A stretch of 64,000 bases of DNA from an uncultured Dehalococcoidia bacterium. Lineage in GTDB: Bacteria; Chloroflexota; Dehalococcoidia; Lucifugimonadales; CATQGZ01. A model generated the notes under the pieces. It was not told the origin of the DNA and searched no databases. It saw only the letters and a program-made list of their open reading frames with translations. Made by a program: the position numbers and the translations under genes. This document shows positions 1 to 8,546 of the stretch, one piece after another. Location: assembly GCA_958295685.2 (NCBI GenBank), contig OY282365.1, positions 702,975-766,974 on the forward strand. Direction: 5' to 3'. Position 1 is the first letter of the stretch. Each line of letters opens with the position of its first letter.

Positions 1-522
1 TCGCATCGCTCGAGTCGGCGATGGACTGGAGCAGAAGATCGTTGGCAATGGGCGCCAAGAAAAGGACGGCGCCAACGACGATAAGGGTCCTGGACGAAAG
101 CCTCCTCATGGCAACGAGGAAAAGTGAGGAGACGGCATAGACCATCAACACGTCCCCCTCCCTTATCATGTAGTGCAGACTGCCGATGATCAGCAGAAGG
201 GCATTGCGCCACAGATTCAACAGCACCGCGCGCCCGCCGCCCTCTCGATGAACAGCATCACCCCTGCGCCGAACAGCAGCGAGAAAAGCCCCATGAACTT
301 CTGGTCGATGAAAATCTCGCCGAAGACCCCGACCGTCCAGTCCAGCCACGTCTCCGATCCGCCCGCGCTGATGTTCAGATACGGGACAAACCCGAACTTG
401 ATGCTGACCGCGTTCATCAACAGGATGCCCAGCACCGCCACGCCGCGAATCAGGTCGAGGCTGGTTATCCTAGTAGACTCCGCTACCGGACCAGGCTTGG
501 ATTCTCTTTCTTGGGTGGACAT
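1..522 (-). pseudogene. DUF418/YeiB-like membrane protein, apparently frameshifted (runs off the window edge)
   Basis: The ORF at 217..522 (…DLIRGVAVLGILLMNAVS…GLFSLLFGAGVMLFIERAAG) looks like the N-terminus of YeiB/DUF418 proteins. After the TGA at 217-219, the family-like sequence (VLLNLWRNALLLIIGSLHYMIREGDVLMVYAVSSLFLVAMRRLS…) continues in a different frame to position 1. This implies a 1-nt indel in the G/C run near 225-240, or an assembly error. Confidence 0.45.
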
Positions 523-667
523 GGCCCCTCCAAGTCGTCAGGTCTACGGAGAGAGAGCGCCGATCGTCAATGCCGACCGCCACTCTCCCAGACAGGAAGA
601 ATATACGGAGACGACAGCCTGCCCATACTACTCCCCTGAACATCCGTCATCCTACCCCTCCATCCTC

Positions 668-1224
668 CCAATCCTGCCCAATCCTGAGAATCCTGATTCA
701 GACAATCAGACTCTCCGAGACCCGAAAGGACGAGTCCAGAACGGTTCTCCCCCTCTGGCTGACCACTGACCACTGACCACTGTCCTTGACGACGCCGAAC
801 CGCTGTGCTAGAGTATACCCATGACACAGCCAGCCAATCTCCACGACCAGCCCGCGCGACTCCCTGAAGCGCCTGTCGGACAAGTGTCGGATAAGTGTCG
901 CAAAGTGTCGTATTAGTGTCGTATTAGTGTCGGAAAACTGTCGGGTAAGTGTCGGATTCTGTCGGCCAAAATCGGCCCTCTCAGCTACGAAATGCCCGCA
1001 AATACGACACTTTCGCCGAAAATCACCCGGAGCCGCGGCCTTGGGCCGCCGGACGCAAGGCCCGGCCCGTTGCGGACCCCTGTCCCACAACTGCCCCGAA
1101 ATTGTTCCGGTTCTGTTCCACGTCTGTTCCACAAATGCCCCACATCTGTCCACAAATTCAAACCCTCAGCTACGAGACGGAACAAAATGGAACAGTTTGG
1201 GACAGTTTTCGGGAAAATCCACCC
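668..1224 (+). repeat. R1: promoter-bearing intergenic repeat element with two TGTC-array modules
   Basis: The element contains AATCCTG boxes (668-708), CTGACCA x3 (759-782) and a promoter (786-814). Array 1a has 9 units with a GTGTCG core (872-967), then CCCTCTCAGCTACGA (977-990), an inverted unit at 1001-1013 and TTTCGCCGAAAATC. Array 1b has TGTCCC/TGTTCC units (1078-1160), then CCCTCAGCTACGA (1163-1175), inverted units at 1179-1205 and TTTTCGGGAAAATC. Homologous elements lie at 10738, 16691, 29322 and 45577. Confidence 0.8.
786..814 (+). promoter_or_regulatory. sigma70-type promoter TTGACG-17 nt-TAGAGT inside R1
   Basis: TTGACG lies at 786-791, followed by a 17-nt spacer and TAGAGT at 809-814. 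An ATG sits 6 nt downstream at 821. Nearly the same promoter and spacer recur in R3, R4 and R5. Confidence 0.6.
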
Positions 1225-1338
1225 AGCGCGAGACCTGCAGCAACCGGCGCCCTGTGATAATCTACGAGCGCTTTGGAACGAGCGGGCACGACAGGCCCAC
1301 ACCCGGCCCGCCGATATTCCAACGTCCCCGGAGGTGTG

Positions 1339-2445
1339 ATGGAAAGGCCGATCTTCAAACCCATAGGCTCCCCCATTGAGGAACTCGACACCCCCGCCCT
1401 GATCGTCGACCTCGACAGGCTGGAACGCAACGTCCAGACGGTCCACTCCTTCTTCGAAGGCAGGGCCGCCGGCATCCGGCCTCGCGTGAGCGTGCACGGG
1501 TGCCCGGCGGTCGCGCATATGCAGCTGGCCGCGCCCGGCGCCGTCGGAGGAGTATCGGTCGCCACGCTCGGACAGGCCGAGGCCTTCAACGGCTCCGGCA
1601 TAGCTGACTTCTCGATCACCGCAAACGTCGTGACCGGCCAGAAGATCGCCAGGCTCTGCGCCCTAGCCCGCCGCGCCGCAGTCTCCGTGGCGGTGGACGA
1701 CGCCGCAAACGTCGCCGACCTCTCCGCGGCCGCGGCCGCCTCGGACGTCGAACTCAAGGTGCTCGTATCCATCGCCGTCAGGCCGGACCGCATGGGCGTT
1801 GACCCAGGACAGCCCGCCGTGGACCTCGCCAGGGCCATTACGGACTCCCCAGGACTCACCTTCGACGGCTTCAAGACCCACGAGGGCACGCTCGAAGTCC
1901 GGAGCGTGGCGCAGCTCGCCGAGGAGTCCCGCGCCTGGATCCGGCGCGTCCTGCAAGCGCGCGAGGCCGCCGAGGCCGCCGGAATCACCGTCAACACCGT
2001 CAGCGCCGGAGGAACATACAACTACGAGATCGCCGGAGCCGCCGACGGCGTGACCGAAGTCCCCGCAGGCTCATACGCCCTCATGGACGGCAGATACGCC
2101 GGCCAGCGGGAGGGCCTCGAACCCGCCGCCAGGGTGCTGACCACCGTCACCAGCTTCCCGGAAGACATCAAGATCATCACCGACGGCGGCAACAAGGCCA
2201 TCGGAATGGACCGCGGGAACCCGGTCGCAGACGAATTCCCAGAGGCCGCGATCGCGCTCAGCGCCGAGCACGGAAACATCGCCCTCGAAACACCCACCCG
2301 CCGCCAGGTCAACCTCGGCGACAAGCTCTGGTTCACACCCTGGGACATGGGAGTCACCGCCAACCTGTACGACTACCTGAACGCCGCGCGGAACGGCAGG
2401 CTCGAAGCGGTCTGGGACCTGCCCGCGCGCGGCCGATACCGTTGA
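1339..2445 (+). CDS. D-threonine aldolase / D-serine dehydratase-like PLP-fold protein (alanine racemase N-terminal fold), lacking the PLP lysine
   Basis: A GGAGG RBS lies just upstream of the ATG at 1339; the longest ORF starts at 1273. The N-terminus DTPALIVDLDRLERNV is typical of the D-TA/DSD1 family. The PLP-lysine motif position reads RPRVSVHG, with Ser in place of Lys. Confidence 0.7.
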   Translation: MERPIFKPIGSPIEELDTPALIVDLDRLERNVQTVHSFFEGRAAGIRPRVSVHGCPAVAHMQLAAPGAVGGVSVATLGQAEAFNGSGIADFSITANVVTGQKIARLCALARRAAVSVAVDDAANVADLSAAAAASDVELKVLVSIAVRPDRMGVDPGQPAVDLARAITDSPGLTFDGFKTHEGTLEVRSVAQLAEESRAWIRRVLQAREAAEAAGITVNTVSAGGTYNYEIAGAADGVTEVPAGSYALMDGRYAGQREGLEPAARVLTTVTSFPEDIKIITDGGNKAIGMDRGNPVADEFPEAAIALSAEHGNIALETPTRRQVNLGDKLWFTPWDMGVTANLYDYLNAARNGRLEAVWDLPARGRYR

Positions 2446-2486
2446 CCCAGACCGAAAGCCGCTGAGAACCAACGTGGAGAAAGCGA

Positions 2487-3587
2487 ATGGATAACTACCG
2501 CCCCGCCGTCGGAACCCCGATCTCGGACCTCGACACCCCCTGCCTGCTCGTCGACTTGGACGCCCTGGAAAACAACATGGCCGTGGTCGCCGAAACATAC
2601 CGCGGCACCGCCTGCAAGATGAGGCAGCACACGAAGAACATCAAGAGCCCCCGCATCGCCAACATGCAGATCCAAGCGGGCGGCACCCTCAACGGCGTGT
2701 GCACCGCCAAGCTGTCCGAAGCCGAGGTGATGGTCGAGGGCGGCATCACGGACGTCCTGATACCCAATCAGATCGTCACCAGAGAGAAGCTCGCCAGGCT
2801 GGCCGCCCTCGCCAGACAGGGCGACGTCAAAGTCACGGTCGACAACGCCGAAAACGTCGAGACGATCTCAGAAGTCGCAGCCGAGAACGGCGTCGAGATC
2901 GGCGTCCTGATCGAGGTCGATACCCAGATGCGCAGAGGCGGCGTGCGCAGCCCCGAGCACGGAGTCGTCCTCGCAAAGCTCGCCAGGGAACTGCCCGGCG
3001 TCAGGTTCAGGGGCGTCATGAGCCACCAGTCCGCAGGAGGACGGCCCGACGCCGACGAGAGGCTCAGAATCGCCGAGGAGCACATCGGAATCTGTCTGGA
3101 GGTCAAGGACGCCATAGAAGCCGAGGGCATCCCGGTGGAAATGGTGTCGAGCGGCGAGACCTTCTCATACGCCGCCGCCACGCTGATACCGGGCGTCACA
3201 GAGGTGGAGGGCGGAAGCTACGCCCTCATGGGCAACACCTACGGCTACCTCGACGAGTTCCAGATCGCCAACAAGGTGCTCTCCACCATCGTAAGCGTCC
3301 CACGCCCCGACGTCGGCATCGGCGACGTCGGAATGAAGGCCCTCTCGACGGCCGCCGTCACCAACGCCACGATCGAGGGCATACCGGGCGTGACCATCGA
3401 AGAGGTCCAGGACGAGCACATTGTCCTGCGCTCCGACGGAAGCGCGCCCCTGAAGGTCGGCCGGCAGTTCATGCTGCTGCCCGGCTACCAGGACCACCTC
3501 ATAAACCGCTTCGACCAGTACATCGCCGTTCGCGGCGGCGCCGTCGAACAGGTCTGGGACATACCCGGCCGGGGCTGCCACCACTGA
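2487..3587 (+). CDS. D-threonine aldolase / D-serine dehydratase-like PLP enzyme
   Basis: DTPCLLVDLDALENNM is followed by RQHTKNIKSP, which retains the Lys of the RPHxKTHK motif. It is a tandem paralogue of 1339..2445. Confidence 0.75.
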   Translation: MDNYRPAVGTPISDLDTPCLLVDLDALENNMAVVAETYRGTACKMRQHTKNIKSPRIANMQIQAGGTLNGVCTAKLSEAEVMVEGGITDVLIPNQIVTREKLARLAALARQGDVKVTVDNAENVETISEVAAENGVEIGVLIEVDTQMRRGGVRSPEHGVVLAKLARELPGVRFRGVMSHQSAGGRPDADERLRIAEEHIGICLEVKDAIEAEGIPVEMVSSGETFSYAAATLIPGVTEVEGGSYALMGNTYGYLDEFQIANKVLSTIVSVPRPDVGIGDVGMKALSTAAVTNATIEGIPGVTIEEVQDEHIVLRSDGSAPLKVGRQFMLLPGYQDHLINRFDQYIAVRGGAVEQVWDIPGRGCHH

Positions 3588-3733
3588 GACTGTGATAAAG
3601 AGCTCGCGCGGCTTCACTTCCAGCGCGCCTTCCGTCTCGCGTTGAAGGACGTTGAGAAGACCGGCAAGGCCGCCCCGCCCGTTCCGGCGCGCCCGCCCTC
3701 CGAACCGCTGCCGGAGAGAACGAGCCGCCCGGT

Positions 3734-4579
3734 CTAGGCGCTCCCCTGCTCGACTGCCAGCCTGAGCGGGTTGTCCTTTACCAGCAGGGTAAGCTCCGCG
3801 GCGCTCAGGCCCGCCTGGAGAAGGGAGGCCACGGCCATTCTCATCCCCTCGGCGGGAGGCGGATTCTCCGGCTGACCCAAACCCGTGGTCAGGACGCAGC
3901 GGTCAGCCCCCACCTCACGGATGGCGGCAGCCAGATCCGCAACCCCCATGGTCGTTCGGGACGGCATACAGGCCAGGAAGGCGTACTCGACGTACGCGCC
4001 CAGGGAAGCCACGCTCCTGAGCTGATCGAGCGTAGCGACTCCCGCAGGGGCAGTCGCCATCATGCGGGACACCCCCCGCTCGACCGCTCGGCTGAAGAGC
4101 TCGATCGTCTCCTCCGGAGACACCCAACCGGAAGCGAGCGTCATCCCCCTCTCGGCCACGATATCCACTATCTCCAGAACCTCGCGCCTGAGACCACCCT
4201 GCCGGCCCCAGAGACTGATGCCCGCCACCTGCCCCAGGCGGCTGCGGTAGAAGTCCGCCGAGAACGTGGGCATCCAGACGACCCTGGCGTCCAGGCCGGC
4301 GGCAACACGCACCGCGCTCGGATTCAGCCCGCCCACGCCCTCGTCCAGCACGACAGCGCCCCCGACCTCCAGACCGGGGTACATCCGGCTGAGAGCGTAG
4401 GCCAGAGGAGCCGTTGGATAGTCGTGAGACTTCAGGACGAAGCCCCTCATGCCCGCCTCGTAGGCAGCCCGGGCGGCGTCCATAGCGTCCATGCGCCGCT
4501 CCCGGAACGGATCGGGAGCGGCGTGGACGTGGAGATCGAAGGAGCCTCTGAGGACCTCCTCCACCTCGGAGTTTCTCAA
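3734..4579 (-). CDS. amidohydrolase-fold metal-dependent hydrolase-like protein (start uncertain)
   Basis: SFDLHVHAAPD…GFVLKSHDYPTA resembles an amidohydrolase/TIM-barrel metal site. The longest ORF reaches 4699. An in-frame TTG at 4579 with GGAG upstream leaves room for divergent promoters with the gene at 4724. Confidence 0.55.
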   Translation of the reverse strand: MRNSEVEEVLRGSFDLHVHAAPDPFRERRMDAMDAARAAYEAGMRGFVLKSHDYPTAPLAYALSRMYPGLEVGGAVVLDEGVGGLNPSAVRVAAGLDARVVWMPTFSADFYRSRLGQVAGISLWGRQGGLRREVLEIVDIVAERGMTLASGWVSPEETIELFSRAVERGVSRMMATAPAGVATLDQLRSVASLGAYVEYAFLACMPSRTTMGVADLAAAIREVGADRCVLTTGLGQPENPPPAEGMRMAVASLLQAGLSAAELTLLVKDNPLRLAVEQGSA

Positions 4580-4723
4580 GCTAGCAAGCTCCAGCGTTGC
4601 TGATACGCAGCAAGAGGCTAGCACACGGTCTGGGAAAGGAGCAATCGCACCTGCGCCCTCAACCGTGTACAATCCATGAGACGGACAGGCGCGGACCACA
4701 AGAGGTCAGCGGGGGAGAAATCC

Positions 4724-5338
4724 ATGTTGAAGAAGCTGGGTAAGATAAAGCAGATCAGGCAGGAAACTAAACAGGAGGCGCCGCCGGGCCAGTACGTAAC
4801 GGAGAAGTTCCCCGTCCTGACCTTCGGGCCGACACCGAAGATCGACCTGAAGACGTGGCGGTTCAGAGTGTTTGGCCTCGTGGAGGAGGAGGTCACCTAT
4901 AGCTGGGAGGAGTTTACCGGTCTCGGCAAGGTGACCCTGAACTCCGAGTTTCACTGTGTGACGCAGTGGAGCCGACTCGAAAACGCCTGGGAGGGCGTGC
5001 CGTTCGCAGACGTGATCGCGGCCGTCCGCCCAAAGCCGGAGGCCAGGTACGCCATGGTCCACTGCTACGGAGGCTACACGACCAACGTGGCCCTCGACGT
5101 CCTGCAGGATGATGACGTCCTGTTCGCCTACCGCCACGACGGAGCCCCGCTGCCGCCCGACCACGGCGGCCCGCTGCGCCTGGTAGTCCCGAAGCGCTAT
5201 GGCTGGAAGAGCGCGAAGTGGGCCAACGGCCTGGAATTCATGGCCGAGGACGCTCCCGGATTCTGGGAAGAGCGCGGCTATCACATGGAAGGCGACCCGT
5301 GGAAAGAGGAGAGGTTCCGGCCGGGCCTCGGTTGGTAG
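4724..5338 (+). CDS. sulfite oxidase-like / molybdopterin-dependent oxidoreductase
   Basis: A GGGGGAG RBS precedes the ATG at 4724. FPVLTFGPTPKIDLKTWRFRVFGLVEEE…EFHCVTQWSRL…GGPLRLVVPKRYGWKSAKW is typical of the small sulfite-oxidase-like family. Confidence 0.8.
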   Translation: MLKKLGKIKQIRQETKQEAPPGQYVTEKFPVLTFGPTPKIDLKTWRFRVFGLVEEEVTYSWEEFTGLGKVTLNSEFHCVTQWSRLENAWEGVPFADVIAAVRPKPEARYAMVHCYGGYTTNVALDVLQDDDVLFAYRHDGAPLPPDHGGPLRLVVPKRYGWKSAKWANGLEFMAEDAPGFWEERGYHMEGDPWKEERFRPGLGW

Positions 5339-5343
5339 CCCCT

Positions 5344-6636
5344 CTACCACAACCTCATCGAATCGGCGAAGAGCCGCCTGAGCTCCGGTTCGCCCACCGG
5401 ACGCGGGGACAGCTTCAACACCCGGTGCTGCGGCAGAGCGCCGGCCACCAGTCCGTCTAGGTCGTCATTCGAGTATCCGACCCCCTCGAGCCCGTTCGGC
5501 ATATCCAGCTGGCGCATCAGCGCGATGATCGCGTCGGCCAGCAGGTCGCCCGCGTCCTCCGGACCGGCGCCGGACACGTCCGCGCCCATCAGCCGCGCAG
5601 CGAGCAGGTGGCGCGCCGGATTCGTCGGCGCGGTGAACCGGAAGACGGCAGGGGCGTTGAGCACTACGGACATCCCGTGAGGGCACATCGACACCCCTGT
5701 GGGGTAGCCCTCCACAGTGAAGTCCAGCCCGTGCGCCATTCCCGAGACGGGATACGACATGCCGTGAGGCAGGTGACAGCCCGCGTTGCCGAAGCCGATT
5801 CCGGCGAAGGTTGCCGCTAGGAGCATCTCGCTCCGTGCCTCGGCATCTTCAGTATCGTTGGAGGCCCGCGTCAGATTCCCGGACACCATCTCGACGGCCC
5901 TCGTCGCCCAGACGTCGCTGATCGGGTTCGATCCCTGGTAGGCAGGCCGGAGCAGCGGGGTCTCCGGCGCTTCCCGGTCGCGGAACGGAAGGGCGGTGAA
6001 CGACTCGAGGGCATGACTCAGCACGTCGAACCCGCTGCTGGCCGCCACCATCCGAGGGAGCGTGCGCGTGTTGTCCGGGTCGACGACCCCGACATTCGGA
6101 CGCAGCATCCTGTGCGCGATCCCCGTCTTGGTCTTCATCTCCGTATAGTCGAAGATGGCCACGCCGGTGGTCTCGCTGCCGGTTCCTGCCGTCGTCGGAA
6201 CGGCTATCAGAGGCTTCAGAGGCCCCGGGACCGGCAGCCCGCGCCCTACAGGGGCGTTGACGTAGTCGAGGAAGTCGGCCGGGTGGGTGGCGTAGAGGTC
6301 GGCAGCCTTGGCCGTGTCCATGCTGGAGCCGCCCCCAACGGCGACGTACCCGTCGAACCCTCCGGCAATCGCGAAGGCTATCGCTTCCTTGAACGAGGCG
6401 TCCGTGGGCTCGACGCGCGCCTGGTCGAAGAGGACTGCGTCGATACCCTCGCCGCGCAGAGAGCCGATAGCGGTCGATACTGGCTCGCTGTCGGAGAGGT
6501 CCGGGTCGGTGACAACCATCACGCGGCTTGCGCCGAGTCGGCGAGCCTCGAAGCCCACTTCACGGGTCACGCCCGACCCGAACTTGATGCTCGACGTGTC
6601 GATAGAGAATGCGGTCTCGAGCCTGCGCTCGGTCAT
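5344..6636 (-). CDS. iron-containing alcohol dehydrogenase family (hydroxyacid-oxoacid transhydrogenase-like)
   Basis: GGGSSMDTAKA and the length (430 aa) fit the Fe-ADH family. Confidence 0.8.
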   Translation of the reverse strand: MTERRLETAFSIDTSSIKFGSGVTREVGFEARRLGASRVMVVTDPDLSDSEPVSTAIGSLRGEGIDAVLFDQARVEPTDASFKEAIAFAIAGGFDGYVAVGGGSSMDTAKAADLYATHPADFLDYVNAPVGRGLPVPGPLKPLIAVPTTAGTGSETTGVAIFDYTEMKTKTGIAHRMLRPNVGVVDPDNTRTLPRMVAASSGFDVLSHALESFTALPFRDREAPETPLLRPAYQGSNPISDVWATRAVEMVSGNLTRASNDTEDAEARSEMLLAATFAGIGFGNAGCHLPHGMSYPVSGMAHGLDFTVEGYPTGVSMCPHGMSVVLNAPAVFRFTAPTNPARHLLAARLMGADVSGAGPEDAGDLLADAIIALMRQLDMPNGLEGVGYSNDDLDGLVAGALPQHRVLKLSPRPVGEPELRRLFADSMRLW

Positions 6637-6643
6637 CGCCTCG

Positions 6644-7474
6644 CTATCTCGCCGCTGCCGCTGCCAGGGAGTCCCTGGCTTTCTGCGCTACTGCGGAATA
6701 CTCCTCCAGCACGGCGCTGCTGTTCAGCACCGTCGGCCTGGACGTGTCACGGTAGTCGCCGCGCAACTCGATGCGGCCCAGGAACTTCAGGCCCATCTCG
6801 CCGGCCAGGTCCTCGCCGGCCCCGGAGCCGAATACGCCGCCCGACAGGTTCTCGACGACGCCCAAAACGCTGAGATTCAGCTTGCGGATCATGTTGATAG
6901 AGCGCTTAGCGTCCACCTTGGCCAGCTCCTGGGGCGTGGTCACCACCACGAAGCCGTCGAGCTCCAGGCTCTGCATCACAGTCAGGGGTGAATCCGAAGT
7001 GCCCGGGGGCAGGTCTACGATAAGGTAGTCCAGCTCGCCCCAGTCGGTCGACTGGAGGAGCTGATTGATCGCGTTGTGAACCATTGGGCCGCGCCAGATG
7101 ATGGCCTCATCCTCATTCTCCTGGAAGAAGCCCATGGACATGACTTTCACTCCGAACTGCTCGGACGGGATTATCTTGCGGTCGTCCGTAGCAGTCGGGC
7201 GCCGGGCGACTTTCATGGCACGGACGACGTTGGGGCAGTCTATGTCCACGTCGAGTATCCCGACGCGCTCGCCCTCCTGCGCCAGCGTGACGGCGAGGTT
7301 CACCGCGACGGTGGTCTTGCCGACACCGCCCTTGCCGCTGTAGACGCCTATCTTATGGGTTATCCTGGACAGGGCTTCGGCAATGTTGCGCTTCTGCTCG
7401 AACTGGCGCTTCATCGCCTCGATCTTGGCGCGCGCCTGGGCGGCCTGCGGATTGCCGGGCTGCGGATGAGTCAT
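6644..7474 (-). CDS. apbC: Mrp/NBP35 (ApbC) family Fe-S cluster carrier ATPase
   Basis: The deviant Walker A motif GKGGVGKTTVAVNLA and the motif DLPPGTSD are present. Confidence 0.85.
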   Translation of the reverse strand: MTHPQPGNPQAAQARAKIEAMKRQFEQKRNIAEALSRITHKIGVYSGKGGVGKTTVAVNLAVTLAQEGERVGILDVDIDCPNVVRAMKVARRPTATDDRKIIPSEQFGVKVMSMGFFQENEDEAIIWRGPMVHNAINQLLQSTDWGELDYLIVDLPPGTSDSPLTVMQSLELDGFVVVTTPQELAKVDAKRSINMIRKLNLSVLGVVENLSGGVFGSGAGEDLAGEMGLKFLGRIELRGDYRDTSRPTVLNSSAVLEEYSAVAQKARDSLAAAAAR

Positions 7475-7544
7475 CTAAGCTCCTCGCCGGAGCCTTCCGG
7501 GGCTCTCAGGTCGTCAATCGCGGAGGGAGCGGCGGATACCCACC

Positions 7545-7862
7545 TCACGCCCCGTCCCGTGTCTCAGCCATCCTAATAGCTGCACAGCCACAAATCAACT
7601 TGGTTCCGGAGCCGAGCATCGGGTCGAGAACGACGCCGTCCGGGTCAGACAGTTGCCGGATCAGGAAGCTCGGCAGCTGTGGTGGAAACTTTGCCGGGAA
7701 GGGATGCCAAGCGTGAGGGCCGTAGCTGCCGTCCGTGCCGTGGAAGTCCAGATCGGCACGCAAAGCTGCCCGCAACGCATCGAGGCGGCTATTGCTGTTC
7801 ACGGGATTCTGCGGCCATCCGGTTCGATCCGCCTGATGTTCGATACCGACGGACGCCCGCAC
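7545..7862 (-). pseudogene. N-terminal remnant of a DNA methyltransferase
   Basis: HAWHPFPAKFPPQLPSFLIRQLSDPDGVVLDPMLGSGT matches the SAM-binding N-terminus (FxGxG motif I) of N6/N4 DNA methylases. The ORF then ends after about 20 more residues. Only about 70 nt remain before the next gene. Confidence 0.6.
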
Positions 7863-7869
7863 GAGATGC

Positions 7870-8184
7870 CTAGTCCAAGCCGAGCATCTTCTTGCCGTCC
7901 TCGGATATCAGGTCCGGCGTCCACGGAGGGTCGTAGACCATCTCGACGTTCACGTCATCCACCCCGTCCAACTCCGCGACCCGCCACTCCGCCTGCTGTG
8001 CAATGTAAGGCCCCATGCCACAGCCTGCAAAGGTTAGGGTCATCTTGATGTCCACGTCCCCGTCGTCGACCTGCAGGTCGTACACGAGGCCGAGGTCGAC
8101 GACGTTCACAGGTATCTCCGGGTCGTAGACGTCCTTCAGCGCCTCGACGACCTCTTCGCGTGTTAGGGTCGCAGTCTCAGTCAT
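7870..8184 (-). CDS. DUF59 / SufT-like Fe-S assembly protein
   Basis: VYDPEIPVNVVDLGLVY…MTLTFAGCGMG is the DUF59 (PaaD/SufT) signature. Confidence 0.8.
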   Translation of the reverse strand: MTETATLTREEVVEALKDVYDPEIPVNVVDLGLVYDLQVDDGDVDIKMTLTFAGCGMGPYIAQQAEWRVAELDGVDDVNVEMVYDPPWTPDLISEDGKKMLGLD

Positions 8185-8443
8185 GTGCGAAAGCCTCCGT
8201 TCTCAATCATCAGCGTCAAGTCTGTGCTTATCATTCTAGGGATGGACCGTCGGCGGGTCAATTCAGGTTGGAATCCTGCCAGCACACGATCAATGGCGTG
8301 TGAGCCGGCCTTCGGCTGGACCCGGCCGCGCTGGCGGTCAAGGCTGGGCTGTTACCTCCCGGGTAAACGATGAGATTGAGGCCGCCAGGGAGGTAGGCAG
8401 TTACGCGTACCCTGTTTCCTCAGCCCCCTGCCCTGCCCTCACC

Positions 8444-8546
8444 CTAGCTTGCGGCGACCTTGCGCAGATCGACGTATACGACATGTTGGGCTGGGTAGCA
8501 AGCCCACGCCTCGCTCTAGCTTGCGGCGACCTTGCGGAGGTCTACG
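8444..8546. repeat. direct duplication of the uvrB 3' end (72-nt period)
   Basis: The sequence ctagcttgcggcgaccttgcg occurs at 8444-8464 and again at 8516-8536. About 7 of the next 10 nt also match. The second copy includes the uvrB stop codon and its last codons. Confidence 0.7.

Noticed and set aside
217-219. The TGA at the end of the DUF418 N-terminal ORF could be another selenocysteine codon.
   Set aside because: Reading through in the same frame gives nonsense and another stop within about 8 codons. The family-like sequence resumes only in a shifted frame, so this is a frameshift and not Sec.
872-967. The tandem arrays in R1-R5 could be taken for CRISPR arrays.
   Set aside because: The period is only 10-11 nt and there are no unique spacers between the repeats. 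No cas genes are present. The structure is a microsatellite- or iteron-like array, not a CRISPR array.
927-1379. ORFs run through the repeat elements: 927-1379, 949-1257, 992-1339, the 16365-16769 part of the 216-aa ORF, 29155-29496 and 45724-45924. They yield similar peptides, for example MS(D/H)SVGQNR(P/T)SQLRNARK.
   Set aside because: The similarity is at nucleotide level. Indels between copies shift the frame (aaatac versus aaaatc). One of these ORFs reads straight through tRNA-Val. The peptides look like alternate-frame sequence. Short leaderless peptides starting at ATGACACAGCC cannot be fully excluded, but they terminate at different places within the arrays.
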